The position numbers were made by a program, and so were the translations under genes. The notes beneath the pieces are model-generated. The model worked only from the letters and a program-made list of their open reading frames with translations. It was not told the origin of the DNA and made no database searches. Below are positions 37,889 through 47,610 of a DNA stretch of 64,000 bases, in pieces; position 1 is the first letter of the stretch; the number at the start of each line of letters is the position of its first letter. Origin of the DNA: Methanobacteriota archaeon. GTDB lineage: Archaea; Thermoplasmatota; E2; DHVEG-1. The DNA is taken from contig JAZDGT010000033.1 in the NCBI GenBank assembly GCA_043806635.1, positions 24,336-88,335 of the forward strand. Reading direction: 5' to 3'.

Positions 37889-39546
37889 TAGAACATCTTC
37901 CAATATTTTTGTTAATAACCCCGCTACTATCGGCATTATGTGTTGCTTTAATTTCCTTGGTTTCAAAAACAGAATGGATTCAAAAAACCATAGCATTTAT
38001 CGGGTTGTCTCTCCCATTTTTTTATTTGACATTTCTGTTTCAAGAATTATCTAAAGGAGTAATAGAATATGATATGGGGGGATGGGTTAAGCCATATGCC
38101 GTAACATTAGTCGTAGATGAATTGGCATTTACCCTAGCACTCATCACCTCAATTATCACATTCTTGTGTTTTATTTATTCTATAAAATATATGAGAGGAA
38201 CGGATAGCAAATTCTATTTTTTCTTTCTCCTAATGGTCACTGGTTTATATGGCATCTTCCTGACTGGTGATATTTTTAATCTCTATGTTTTTTTTGAGCT
38301 TACCGTCATTTGCAGTTATATCCTTATAACATTTGGTGATAAGAAAACATCGTTAAAAGCTTCTTTCAAATATCTTATACTGGGGAGTATAGCATCCTTC
38401 TTTTTTTTGCTAGGGATAGGATTGCTGTATATTAAAACAGGTTTGCTAAATATTGAATATCTATCAATGCATATTCATAAAATTGACACTCAAACGCAGA
38501 TGGTTATATTTTCATTGTTTTTAGGAGCTATAGGTATTAAAGCTGCAATAATACCGTTTCATACATGGTTGGTAAGTGCACATTCAACGGCGCCCTCGCC
38601 AATTTCCGCTATTTTATCAGGCATTACTGTAAAAACCGGCATTTACATTTTTATAAGAGTTTTTGCTCTCGGTTTTACGTTACAAAACCTGAATGAAATT
38701 ATAATGGTCTTTGGTGCGATAACCGCATTGGGCGGAGTTATAGGTGCTTTGGTTGAGTGGGACATCAAACGGTTATTGGCGTACCATACAATTTCACAGA
38801 TAGGCTTTATCGTCGTAGGCATTGGGACATTTTCAACTATAGGTGTAGCTGGTGGACTATATCATATTGTGAATCATGCTATCTTCAAAGGTTTATTGTT
38901 TTTATGTGCAGGCGCGATAATTTACAGAACTGGTACTAAAGATATTAGAGAACATGGTATAGGAAAAACCATGCCTGTTACTCTGGTAACGTATATAATT
39001 GCAGCATTAGCTATCTCTGGTATTACACCAATTAATGGCGCTGTCAGCAAATCAATGATAGAATCATCTGTATATGATTACCCTATAATATGGCTGATTT
39101 TAGTTTTCGCTACTATAGGGACTATTACCACGTTTTCCAAGATATTATATTATTCCTTCATCAAATCTGCAAAAAAAGATAAAGAGACATCAAAATATCA
39201 TGAGGTTCCATTCTCAATGCAACTATCCATGATTGTTTTAGCGTTCTTATGTATTCTCCTAGGCGTTCTTCCAAATTTATGGTTAAACAATCTAATATTA
39301 CCAGCAACAGCATCTATTGTGGGAGCGTATAACAATATACAAATCAGTTTGTTTGAACCTTTCTCGATTTTTAAAGAATGGCTAATTGTTGCACTAGGCC
39401 TCCTCCTTCTCAAGGTTATTATAGTACGATCAAAAGACATTGATAGACTAAGGAGATTAATCTCAAAATTCAATTTGAATATATGCATATTCTTGATGAT
39501 TATTACATTGATCCTGGTGTTTATTGTTCTCGAGGTGTTCAATTAG
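37885..39546 (+). CDS. mrpD: Mrp antiporter subunit D (NuoL/M/N-type antiporter-like large subunit)
   Basis: 553 aa, about 14 TM. Conserved antiporter-module residues in broken helices (e.g. HTWLVSAHSTAPSP…). Confidence 0.8.
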   Translation: MIEHLPIFLLITPLLSALCVALISLVSKTEWIQKTIAFIGLSLPFFYLTFLFQELSKGVIEYDMGGWVKPYAVTLVVDELAFTLALITSIITFLCFIYSIKYMRGTDSKFYFFFLLMVTGLYGIFLTGDIFNLYVFFELTVICSYILITFGDKKTSLKASFKYLILGSIASFFFLLGIGLLYIKTGLLNIEYLSMHIHKIDTQTQMVIFSLFLGAIGIKAAIIPFHTWLVSAHSTAPSPISAILSGITVKTGIYIFIRVFALGFTLQNLNEIIMVFGAITALGGVIGALVEWDIKRLLAYHTISQIGFIVVGIGTFSTIGVAGGLYHIVNHAIFKGLLFLCAGAIIYRTGTKDIREHGIGKTMPVTLVTYIIAALAISGITPINGAVSKSMIESSVYDYPIIWLILVFATIGTITTFSKILYYSFIKSAKKDKETSKYHEVPFSMQLSMIVLAFLCILLGVLPNLWLNNLILPATASIVGAYNNIQISLFEPFSIFKEWLIVALGLLLLKVIIVRSKDIDRLRRLISKFNLNICIFLMIITLILVFIVLEVFN

Positions 39547-39875
39547 TCATCATATTATGATGAAATTACTAATCAGCGACTGAAAAGTGACACTACCAAA
39601 CCAACCAATCTGATTACCTATCTGATACATATCGATATCGTATTTCTCCATCCCACAGATCCTATCATTTTAAAGGAGTAGAATTAGTTTTGGGGATTTT
39701 ACTCTGGTTCAGTACCCACTCCAGCGGCTTTCGGTAATGGGGGCTTTGAAGATTCGGTAACCAAATCCCATCAGGGAGTACTATCACCAATGGTGAAAAG
39801 CCTTTCACCCATGAACATTTTAGTAGTAGCAGGTATCCTCGATGCAAGCATCTTACATCAATAGATAATATTATT

Positions 39876-39942
39876 GTTCAACAGATATGATACCATCAAA
39901 TGTGTTAACAAATACGAGTCCGAATCTCTCCCCCCGCGCACT
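39876..39942 (+). repeat. Cassette-boundary repeat, copy c
   Basis: ttgttcaacagatatgataccatcaaatgtgttaacaaatacgagtccgaatctctccccccgcgcac. Confidence 0.6.
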
Positions 39943-40221
39943 CTTTTTTTACCAGTAGATACGTAACAAAATCTCATTCTTAACATACGTTTTACCCAAG
40001 AACGCGAAAGAAATGGAGTTTATTAAGGGGTACGCTATGTAGGGAGTACGCTCGCAAGTACAGGATTGAATCATCAGGTGATATAAATGGCTACAAAATT
40101 GAAACGACTGGAAAGGAAGCATAAAAAAAACAAAAGGAAACGCAGAATGGCAAGATGAACGGGGAAAGTCGGAGAGAAAAAGTAGACTGATTCCATTTCT
40201 ACACTATTACTCCCACGTCCC

Positions 40222-41433
40222 TCATAACTTTTCGTGTTTTTTGTTCCACTCGTATATCTTTTCTCTCTCTTTAAGCTGTTTTTTCAATCTCTCAACATCG
40301 ATACCATTGTAAACATCTATTGTTTTTCCTGCAACGTTATCCCAAGTAAAAAGTTCTATTTCCTGTTTTCCGTTTTCCGCTAGTGTTTTTCTTAAAGATT
40401 CATATCGTAGTAATGATACGATCTTGCTTGCTATCTCGTCAGAATCCCAGAAATCAACCTTTATACAGTTTTTGAAAGTCTCGCATACACCAGCGGTTTT
40501 AGAAGCAATCGTTGGCGTACCAGCAGAAATAGCCTCAAGAGCCGTGATACCAAAGGGCTCACTCATACTAGGCATAACGTACACACTAGAAATTCCATAA
40601 ATATGTTTAACTTCCTCTTCAGTTAAACGTCCTGTGAAAATAACTCGGTTTGAAATACCCAGGTCTACGGCCTGATTAATCAAACGTGGTAGCATATCCC
40701 CTGCGCCTGCAACAACAAAACACACATCAGGTTCATAATCCAATACCTTTCTAGCAGCTTTCAAGAAAAACTCGGCTCCTTTTTGGATTGTGAGACGACC
40801 TAAAAACAAAACGATTTCTTGTTTTTTGCCTTCAGGAATAGGGTACACAGCGTTATGTACAACACTGATTATATCGGGATTTATACCATATTTTTCAACG
40901 ATCACACGTTTGGTGAAATGACTCACAGCAATTATTCTATCTGCTTTTTCCATACCTTTTCTTTCTAAATCAATAAACCATTGATTAGGATGAAGCCAGC
41001 CACTTCGGTCATATTCAGTAGAATGAATCGTAAGAACCATGGGAACGCCCATTTCTTCTTTTAAAATCGTAGCTGCTTCCATTGTGAGCCAATCATGAGC
41101 ATGAATAAAATCGAATTTACCTTCAGCTTTTGCAATTGCTTTAACTTTTGCAACAACAAGTTGGTTATATCTATGAACTGCTTCAAAAAAATTACCAGCT
41201 AATGCTTTATCTTCTGGCCGATCATAGGGGAAAATCTCTGTTTCTCCAACTTCTTTTATCAAGAGATTTGGTTGGTTACTATTCGCTGATTGTTTTGTTT
41301 TAGGCATAAAAAAGTATACTTTCACGTTCTTATCAGCTAGACTTCGGGTGAGTCCCTCGCAATGCGTAGCAAGACCGCCCGCTTTGAACGGTGGATATTC
41401 CCAGCCAATCATTGCTATTCTCATATCTATCAT
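40222..41433 (-). CDS. Glycosyltransferase family 4 (GT-B, retaining)
   Basis: EX7E motif region (EPFGITALEAISAGTP). 403 aa. Confidence 0.8.
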   Translation of the reverse strand: MIDMRIAMIGWEYPPFKAGGLATHCEGLTRSLADKNVKVYFFMPKTKQSANSNQPNLLIKEVGETEIFPYDRPEDKALAGNFFEAVHRYNQLVVAKVKAIAKAEGKFDFIHAHDWLTMEAATILKEEMGVPMVLTIHSTEYDRSGWLHPNQWFIDLERKGMEKADRIIAVSHFTKRVIVEKYGINPDIISVVHNAVYPIPEGKKQEIVLFLGRLTIQKGAEFFLKAARKVLDYEPDVCFVVAGAGDMLPRLINQAVDLGISNRVIFTGRLTEEEVKHIYGISSVYVMPSMSEPFGITALEAISAGTPTIASKTAGVCETFKNCIKVDFWDSDEIASKIVSLLRYESLRKTLAENGKQEIELFTWDNVAGKTIDVYNGIDVERLKKQLKEREKIYEWNKKHEKL

Positions 41434-41956
41434 TACTCCGTTGGGGTTCTTTGTTCGAGGGTAGAATTTTAATTCTCATTCAACCTCTCACGACGTTCCC
41501 CCAAATTTCACAATTATTAAAATATAGATCTTTTGATCTCTTATTTTTGATATAAAATTCCATCAATAGGTTGCTTGATAGGTATATATCAATAAATAGC
41601 GTCTTCTGAATCTATTATTTAATATTTTTTCCTCCTAAAAAGGAGATTTGGACGACATAATCGTCCTTGATATTTTTTTATCTCATTTTCTTAGTTTTCA
41701 GCGTTAAATGCGGAATTCATCCATCCGCTCTTGTAAATATTGCTCTTCGGAAGTCATCTGCGTCCAATGATTGAAGTCGTTTTCGATTCCTCCAGTTCAT
41801 GTCTGTTTCAAAGTTTGTAAATTCTCTGTCCATATTCATTGATTTCACCTGTCCTTTCCGAAGTTTGTCGGATGATAGTAGTATGCAGTAGGCAGTATAT
41901 ATCATTGTGTACAAGGACATATAAGTACGTAAAATGATTACATTTTTGTGTAATGT

Positions 41957-42115
41957 ATGGATAAAAGAATTAGAATGAACATATCTGTGACAAAGGAAGA
42001 AAATGCACTCATCAAGAAACTCGCGAAGGAAGAAGAACGACCATATAGCAGACAAATAGTGTACATGATGAATTTCTACATAAAAAACAATAAATTAAGC
42101 AGGAAAATGAGGTGA
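41957..42115 (+). CDS. Small ribbon-helix-helix (CopG/Arc-like) protein, 52 aa, absent from the ORF track because under 60 aa
   Basis: MDKRIRMNISVTKEENALIKKLAKEEERPYSRQIVYMMNFYIKNN. N-terminal beta-strand then two helices. 6 nt upstream of the Zn-ribbon gene. Confidence 0.4.
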   Translation: MDKRIRMNISVTKEENALIKKLAKEEERPYSRQIVYMMNFYIKNNKLSRKMR

Positions 42116-42121
42116 AATAAT

Positions 42122-42397
42122 ATGGTAAAATGTGAAGAATGTGGTAAGAAATTAAGTATTTTACAAGGGTATCGTCACCCCGCATTAGGAACAAGGTTTT
42201 TAGTATGTGGAAAATGTTTCTATAAAATAGACGAAAGTATGAAACGATGGAGCAAGTTTTGTCTATTAGATTCATTCAACTCAGAATCATCCAAGATTGA
42301 CATCCGAGAGGCATGGAATACAAGTATATCAAACGACCTCCAGTTACAAAAATGGTTTAACAATCTTTGGGTTAAAAAAGATCTCAGGTGCTTGTAG
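42122..42397 (+). CDS. Small zinc-ribbon protein
   Basis: CEECGKK…18…CGKC. 91 aa. Confidence 0.4.
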   Translation: MVKCEECGKKLSILQGYRHPALGTRFLVCGKCFYKIDESMKRWSKFCLLDSFNSESSKIDIREAWNTSISNDLQLQKWFNNLWVKKDLRCL

Positions 42398-42502
42398 AAT
42401 AAGATATGAAACCCCTTAGGGTTTTTATCATGATTTCATTTATACATTCCTGAAATTTTGAGATTGACAACATCCACTTTCATATCAAAAAAATAAAAAA
42501 AC

Positions 42503-42570
42503 TCCTCAGCAGATAGACGATCATCAAATGTGTCACCAAATATGAGTCAGAATCTCTCTCCTCCCGCGTA
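42503..42570 (+). repeat. Cassette-boundary repeat, copy d (most diverged, terminal)
   Basis: ctcctcagcagatagacgatcatcaaatgtgtcaccaaatatgagtcagaatctctctcctcccgcgta. Confidence 0.55.
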
Positions 42571-42718
42571 TAAATGATATGATTAAGAAAAGTTCTTGAA
42601 AAAAGAATACTTGTCGATAAAAAAATGAATTTAATACGCTGTGGAAGGTCTATTAATCCTCTGAGAAAATTATTTAAAACAGAATAAACTCTTTTTTCAG
42701 GACTATAGTTAGAATGGA

Positions 42719-43810
42719 GTGAGATACATGTCGCGATTCATTAAAAAGGGCTCTCAGAACATCGGTCTAATACCGGGTGAACTTATCCATATAGGGCAAA
42801 GAAAAACTGAGAAAACGAGAATTACCGTCATTGATTATGATGCGGGGACTTTAAAAGAGAAAGAAATTAAAAAAGTTGAAGAATGCTTTCCATTTAAAGA
42901 GAAACCCACCGTTACTTGGATAAATGTTGATGGTATCCATCAAGTAGATATCATCGAGAAGATCGGCACTCATTTTGGTCTCCACCCGTTGATTTTAGAG
43001 GATATTTTGAATACCGAGCAGCGACCGAAAATGGAGGATTTTGAGAATTACATTTTTGTGGTTCTGAAGATGTTGTATTATAATGAAAAAGACCAGGAGG
43101 TTTGTGCTGAACAAGTGAGTATTATCTTGGGATCAAATTTTGTGCTATCGTTCCAGGAGCAAGAAGGTGATGTTTTTAATCATATTCGTGAGAGAATCCG
43201 GAATAACAAAGGACGAATTCGGAAAATGGCGTCTGACTATCTAGCATACTCGCTTATAGACGCGATTGTTGACAATTATTTTATTATTTTAGAGAAAATT
43301 GGTGAAAAAATAGAAGAAATGGAGGATACGGTCGTGTCCCATCCAACACCTGAGATACTTCAGACTATCCACACGTTAAAAGGTGAGATGATTTTTATAC
43401 GAAAATCTATTTGGCCTCTACGCGAAGTAATCAGTGGGTTACAACGAGCGGAATCTAACCTTATTCACGACACAACAGCGATATATTTACGAGATGTCTA
43501 TGACCATACTATTCAAGTGATAGATACCGTTGAAACATTTCGTGATACAATTGCTGGTTTACTTGATATTTATATCTCAAGTGTGAGTAATAAGATGAAC
43601 GAAGTGATGAAGGTCCTGACAATTTTTGCTGCAATATTTATTCCTCTTACGTTTGTTGCAGGATTGTATGGGATGAATTTCAACCCGGAAAAAAGCCCGG
43701 TGAATATGCCTGAGCTGAACTGGTTTTTTGGGTATCCTTTCGCTTTGAGTATAATGCTCATCATCAGTATTATTATGTTGATATATTTCAGAAGGAAAAA
43801 ATGGCTCTGA
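42719..43810 (+). CDS. corA: Magnesium/cobalt transporter CorA
   Basis: C-terminal two TM with YGMNF (GMN) motif. 363 aa. Confidence 0.85.
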   Translation: MRYMSRFIKKGSQNIGLIPGELIHIGQRKTEKTRITVIDYDAGTLKEKEIKKVEECFPFKEKPTVTWINVDGIHQVDIIEKIGTHFGLHPLILEDILNTEQRPKMEDFENYIFVVLKMLYYNEKDQEVCAEQVSIILGSNFVLSFQEQEGDVFNHIRERIRNNKGRIRKMASDYLAYSLIDAIVDNYFIILEKIGEKIEEMEDTVVSHPTPEILQTIHTLKGEMIFIRKSIWPLREVISGLQRAESNLIHDTTAIYLRDVYDHTIQVIDTVETFRDTIAGLLDIYISSVSNKMNEVMKVLTIFAAIFIPLTFVAGLYGMNFNPEKSPVNMPELNWFFGYPFALSIMLIISIIMLIYFRRKKWL

Positions 43811-44123
43811 TCTTTTATGTATGCCGTAGAAGAAAATAGAACATGGGCGTGAATGCTATCGCGGAGTTCATATTTTTCTCCTCGGACTTTTTCTTGTTAT
43901 TTCGATAAAAAGTAGTACTATTTCTTTTAGATTTTCGTAAATGGTGACCCATTCACAGGCCAGGTATCATTCATCGATGACCGCGTATCATTCCAGGCGT
44001 ACGTCCCATTATTGGGTTGAGTATTTTGTTGTATCTCAGTACGGAATAAAAATCAGATTTACTCAAATAATCACCCTGGTCTTACCATTTCAGCTGCGGC
44101 GTAATGGTATTAACGATTTTTTG

Positions 44124-45995
44124 TTAGGTATGATGTCTGATTTTTACTGCTTCCCCATGGGTTGATGTTTTTATTTCTTGTCCGTTCATCTGAGCAACAC
44201 CAACACCGAGTAGGGTGTGATGCTGGTTGATGACGATGACTTCGTCTCCGATACGAAGCAGGTCATCCGCGTCTTTCACCCCTGGTGCAAGCAGGGATCC
44301 TTTAAGGGTGACATCATCGTAGGCTTCCACCCAAGATATTTTAGAGTCGAGGAGTCGCTCTGCGCCCGCAAGCGTGAGGGAGATCATTCCTCGTTCAGGG
44401 GTGAGCATCCCGATTTGTTTCTTCTCGGAGAAGAGTTTCAGGTATGGGTATTTCCCAGTGATTACACCGTTAGAGAAGAGTTTCTGTGCAGGTTTTCTCC
44501 CAAATTGATATGACGCAAACGTTTCCATGTTTTCAAGTACACGAATCGATGATGACACTTGTTTGTAGGAGAGAGTCGCATCAGTTAAATTTTTGAGCAG
44601 GCTTTGGAGTGACGCATCGGATGTTGGAGTGTCGATACAAGTGATGAGTGGATCTGGGAGGAGATCAAGGATGAACTCTTGAAGACTGGAGGGGAGATGA
44701 ACAAGGATTTTCTCATACTTGTTATATTCTAAATACTGTTGAAGAAGGGTTCGAATCATCTTTTTTTCGTCCTCATCCCAATGGCCAGTCACTGGGATAT
44801 CATAGGAGGAAGCCGGGTACATGAGTTCGAGCTCCCGCGGAACGAGTCCTAGGGGTGAGGTCAGGATTACCTCGTGGACGACAGCAGGGTTTTGTATGGA
44901 GAATAGTTGCTCTCGGAAGCGGGTATGCGTTTTTGAGAATGAGTAGGGTTTTTTTGCGGAGCAAGGGAGAAGGAGTAACACTTTTGTACTCGGTGGTTTT
45001 CGATACCGGTCGAGTACGCGGTCTTGAAACCGGTGTATCTCCGGCCGACACAAAGATTCTTTCGTGGTGGCGATGAGCTGGCTTTTCCGTGTGATTGGTA
45101 TTCGTTCCTCAAGAAAAGGGTAATAATTAAGATCTAGGGTCCTGAGTATCGCGGTGTGTTCAGGGTTTGTCCGTACTCGTGTTTCCACAAGCTCACGTAG
45201 GGAGCCCTGATTGATCGCGTTTCGGACTTTTTTCAGTTCAGTGAACAACGCATAGTAGTTATGCTGTAAGATTTGTGTGAACGTCATCGTTGTTGGGTCG
45301 CCTTTCACATTCTGACATATGGGGCAATGACAGGGGAGCTCCGGTATCTCTGTTGTTTTTTGATGACCGGTGGAAAAAAAAAGTAAGTGGTTTCGAGCAG
45401 CTAGAAATGCGGTGGTTGAATCCAGGAGGTCTACTCCGAGGTAGGTGAGAAGCGCTAGGTTTGTCGGATCACCTATGCTGGGGAGGTACAAGAGTTTTTG
45501 ATATCCGATGCCTGCTCGTACTTGTGTAAGATACTCAGCGAATGCTGAGTGGTGGGAGAGCAGTTGTGCTGCGTTGGCAACAATGAACACCTGCGCGGGG
45601 TTGTCTTGTACTGCCTCGGATATGATGTCGATGTTCCCCGGGATGATACTGATTGATGTTTCTGTTTTTTTATTTTTTTGGATCGCCTGGTGATGAACCT
45701 CTTTGGGTATATCTCGGGGGTAGATGAGGTACTGAGTGAGTGATTCGTCTACTGTTTTCTTTGATGGTTCTGGTGAGAAGATGCTTCCGAGGACGTGTAT
45801 CGCTGGTTTCTCATGTTTTTCGTTATCATTTGTGAGGAGAAGATCAGCGAACTCAGGACTCGGGCATCTAGACGTATGCACAAACGCAATAGATGGTGTT
45901 GTAATCGATGTAGTATTCAGAGTCAGGTTTCCGATTCTCGCAGGTCCATCTCGTTTCAATACACTGTACTGCATAGGCGTTTTCAAGAAAGACAT
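44124..45995 (-). CDS. tgtA: Archaeosine tRNA-guanine transglycosylase family protein with C-terminal PUA domain (TgtA/ArcS-like)
   Basis: N-terminal DGPARIGNL…TPSIAF TGT-like start. Zinc site CHCPICQN. C-terminal PUA domain. Confidence 0.6.
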   Translation of the reverse strand: MSFLKTPMQYSVLKRDGPARIGNLTLNTTSITTPSIAFVHTSRCPSPEFADLLLTNDNEKHEKPAIHVLGSIFSPEPSKKTVDESLTQYLIYPRDIPKEVHHQAIQKNKKTETSISIIPGNIDIISEAVQDNPAQVFIVANAAQLLSHHSAFAEYLTQVRAGIGYQKLLYLPSIGDPTNLALLTYLGVDLLDSTTAFLAARNHLLFFSTGHQKTTEIPELPCHCPICQNVKGDPTTMTFTQILQHNYYALFTELKKVRNAINQGSLRELVETRVRTNPEHTAILRTLDLNYYPFLEERIPITRKSQLIATTKESLCRPEIHRFQDRVLDRYRKPPSTKVLLLLPCSAKKPYSFSKTHTRFREQLFSIQNPAVVHEVILTSPLGLVPRELELMYPASSYDIPVTGHWDEDEKKMIRTLLQQYLEYNKYEKILVHLPSSLQEFILDLLPDPLITCIDTPTSDASLQSLLKNLTDATLSYKQVSSSIRVLENMETFASYQFGRKPAQKLFSNGVITGKYPYLKLFSEKKQIGMLTPERGMISLTLAGAERLLDSKISWVEAYDDVTLKGSLLAPGVKDADDLLRIGDEVIVINQHHTLLGVGVAQMNGQEIKTSTHGEAVKIRHHT

Positions 45996-46028
45996 CCCCC
46001 TATTTAAAACACGATTCCCTGAGACTCG

Positions 46029-47579
46029 TTAATGTCTGAAGTAGCGTTGCCCGGAAAACACCATTATGACTCCGTGTTCATCCGCAGCCTGGATTACTTC
46101 ATCATCGCGGATGCTTCCCCCTGGTTGGATTACGGCTTTTACTCCTGCCTCAGCGGCGACATCCACGGTGTCACGGAATGGGAAGAACGCATCACTCGCC
46201 ATTATTGAGCCCTGGATGTTTTCTTTCCCTTTATGGGTAGCTATCCAGGTGGCGTCGACTCGTGAGGTTTGTCCGCCTCCGATCGCAACCGTCTGTGTTC
46301 CTTTGACAAAGAGTACGGAGTTGGATTTCACGTGTTTCACGCATTTCACGGCGAACAGCATAAAGTCCAGGTCTTCTTTTGATGGTTTCTTTTTCGTAAC
46401 GATCTTCCATGTTTTAGGATTAGTGAACCAGACGTCTCGTTCTTGGCTCAGGAAACCGCCGACGACACTACGGAATTCAACACCGGTTCTTGAAACAGGT
46501 TTGTCTAACCCGGGTAATCTCAGTAAGCGCAGGTTTTTTTTCTCCTTAAAAACAGATAGTGCTTCTTTCGTGTATTTTGGTGCGATAATGACTTCTAAAA
46601 AGTATGGGGCGAGTTCTCGCGCTACTTCTTTGGGTACTTCTCGGTTGAATGCGACGATACCGCCGAATGGAGAATAGATGTCAGTGGCATACGCGTTTTT
46701 CCATGCCTGTAAGAGTGTTGGTACTGAGGCGATACCGCAGGGTGTCGCATGTTTAATGATGACGCAGGTCGGCGTGGTGAATTCTTTGATGCATTCGATG
46801 GCGCAGTCTGAGTCGAGGATGTTGTTGTAGGAGAGTTCTTTCCCATGGAGTTGTTGTGCGGTGGTGATACATGGTTCAGTGGTAGGGGGGAGTGCTTGGT
46901 AGAACGCTGCTTGTTGATGCGGGTTTTCCCCATAGCGAAGATCCTGGTTTTTCCGCATCGTAATCGTGTTGTCCTTGGGGAGCTGTTCATCGGTCCATTG
47001 TCTCCTGAAATAGTGGGTGATGAGGGCATCGTATTGTGCGGTATGGGTGAATGCCTCAAGAGCGAGTTGTTTCCGCTGTGTAAGAGGAATATCTTTTTTT
47101 GATTGAATCACCTTAATGAAACAGGGATACTGCTGCGGATTGGTGAGAACAATCACATCAGGGTAGTTTTTTGCTGCTGCTCGTATCAGGGTCGGCCCGC
47201 CGATATCAATGTTTTCCACTGCATCCTCAAGGGTGACTCGGGGTTGAGCTATAGTGTGTTCAAAAGGGTACAGGTTACAGACGACGATATCAATCAGTTG
47301 AATCTCATGTTTTTTCAACGTGGTCATATGGGTTTTTTTCTTTCGTTGAGCGAGGATTCCTGCGTGAACCTTCGGGTGAAGGGTTTTCACGCGACCATCA
47401 AGCATCTCAGGGAACCCAGTCAGCGTGGATATTTCGATAAAAGAGATTTTTGCTTTGCGTAATACGCTTGCGGTGCCTCCAGTGGAGATGATCTCAATAC
47501 CCTGTTTGGATAACGTCCGTGCTACGTCAACAACACCGGTTTTATCAGAGACACTAATCAACGCTCGCTTCAGTTTCAT
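46029..47579 (-). CDS. purH: Bifunctional AICAR transformylase / IMP cyclohydrolase
   Basis: N-terminal MGS-like ALISVSDKTG. Full-length PurH layout, 516 aa. Confidence 0.9.
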   Translation of the reverse strand: MKLKRALISVSDKTGVVDVARTLSKQGIEIISTGGTASVLRKAKISFIEISTLTGFPEMLDGRVKTLHPKVHAGILAQRKKKTHMTTLKKHEIQLIDIVVCNLYPFEHTIAQPRVTLEDAVENIDIGGPTLIRAAAKNYPDVIVLTNPQQYPCFIKVIQSKKDIPLTQRKQLALEAFTHTAQYDALITHYFRRQWTDEQLPKDNTITMRKNQDLRYGENPHQQAAFYQALPPTTEPCITTAQQLHGKELSYNNILDSDCAIECIKEFTTPTCVIIKHATPCGIASVPTLLQAWKNAYATDIYSPFGGIVAFNREVPKEVARELAPYFLEVIIAPKYTKEALSVFKEKKNLRLLRLPGLDKPVSRTGVEFRSVVGGFLSQERDVWFTNPKTWKIVTKKKPSKEDLDFMLFAVKCVKHVKSNSVLFVKGTQTVAIGGGQTSRVDATWIATHKGKENIQGSIMASDAFFPFRDTVDVAAEAGVKAVIQPGGSIRDDEVIQAADEHGVIMVFSGQRYFRH

Positions 47580-47610
47580 TACTCTTACCCAGTACGCATA
47601 TATGCCGGAC

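Larger units (their letters stand above)
26655..42570 (+). mobile_element. tRNA-Ser-linked array of four cassettes separated by a 65-nt repeat family whose 3' core mimics the tRNA-Ser 3' end (candidate serial integrations, no integrase)
   Basis: Repeats lie at 28515-28580, 34601-34660, 39876-39942 and 42503-42570. A further 105-nt direct repeat copies the tRNA 3' end plus flank (26631-26735 and 34639-34745). Confidence 0.45.

Noticed and set aside
41717-42055. 112-aa minus-strand ORF
   Set aside because: It overlaps a plus-strand ORF with a clear ribbon-helix-helix pattern and has no motif or composition support. Its non-overlapping C-terminal 40 aa cannot be excluded as a minigene, but there is no evidence for it.
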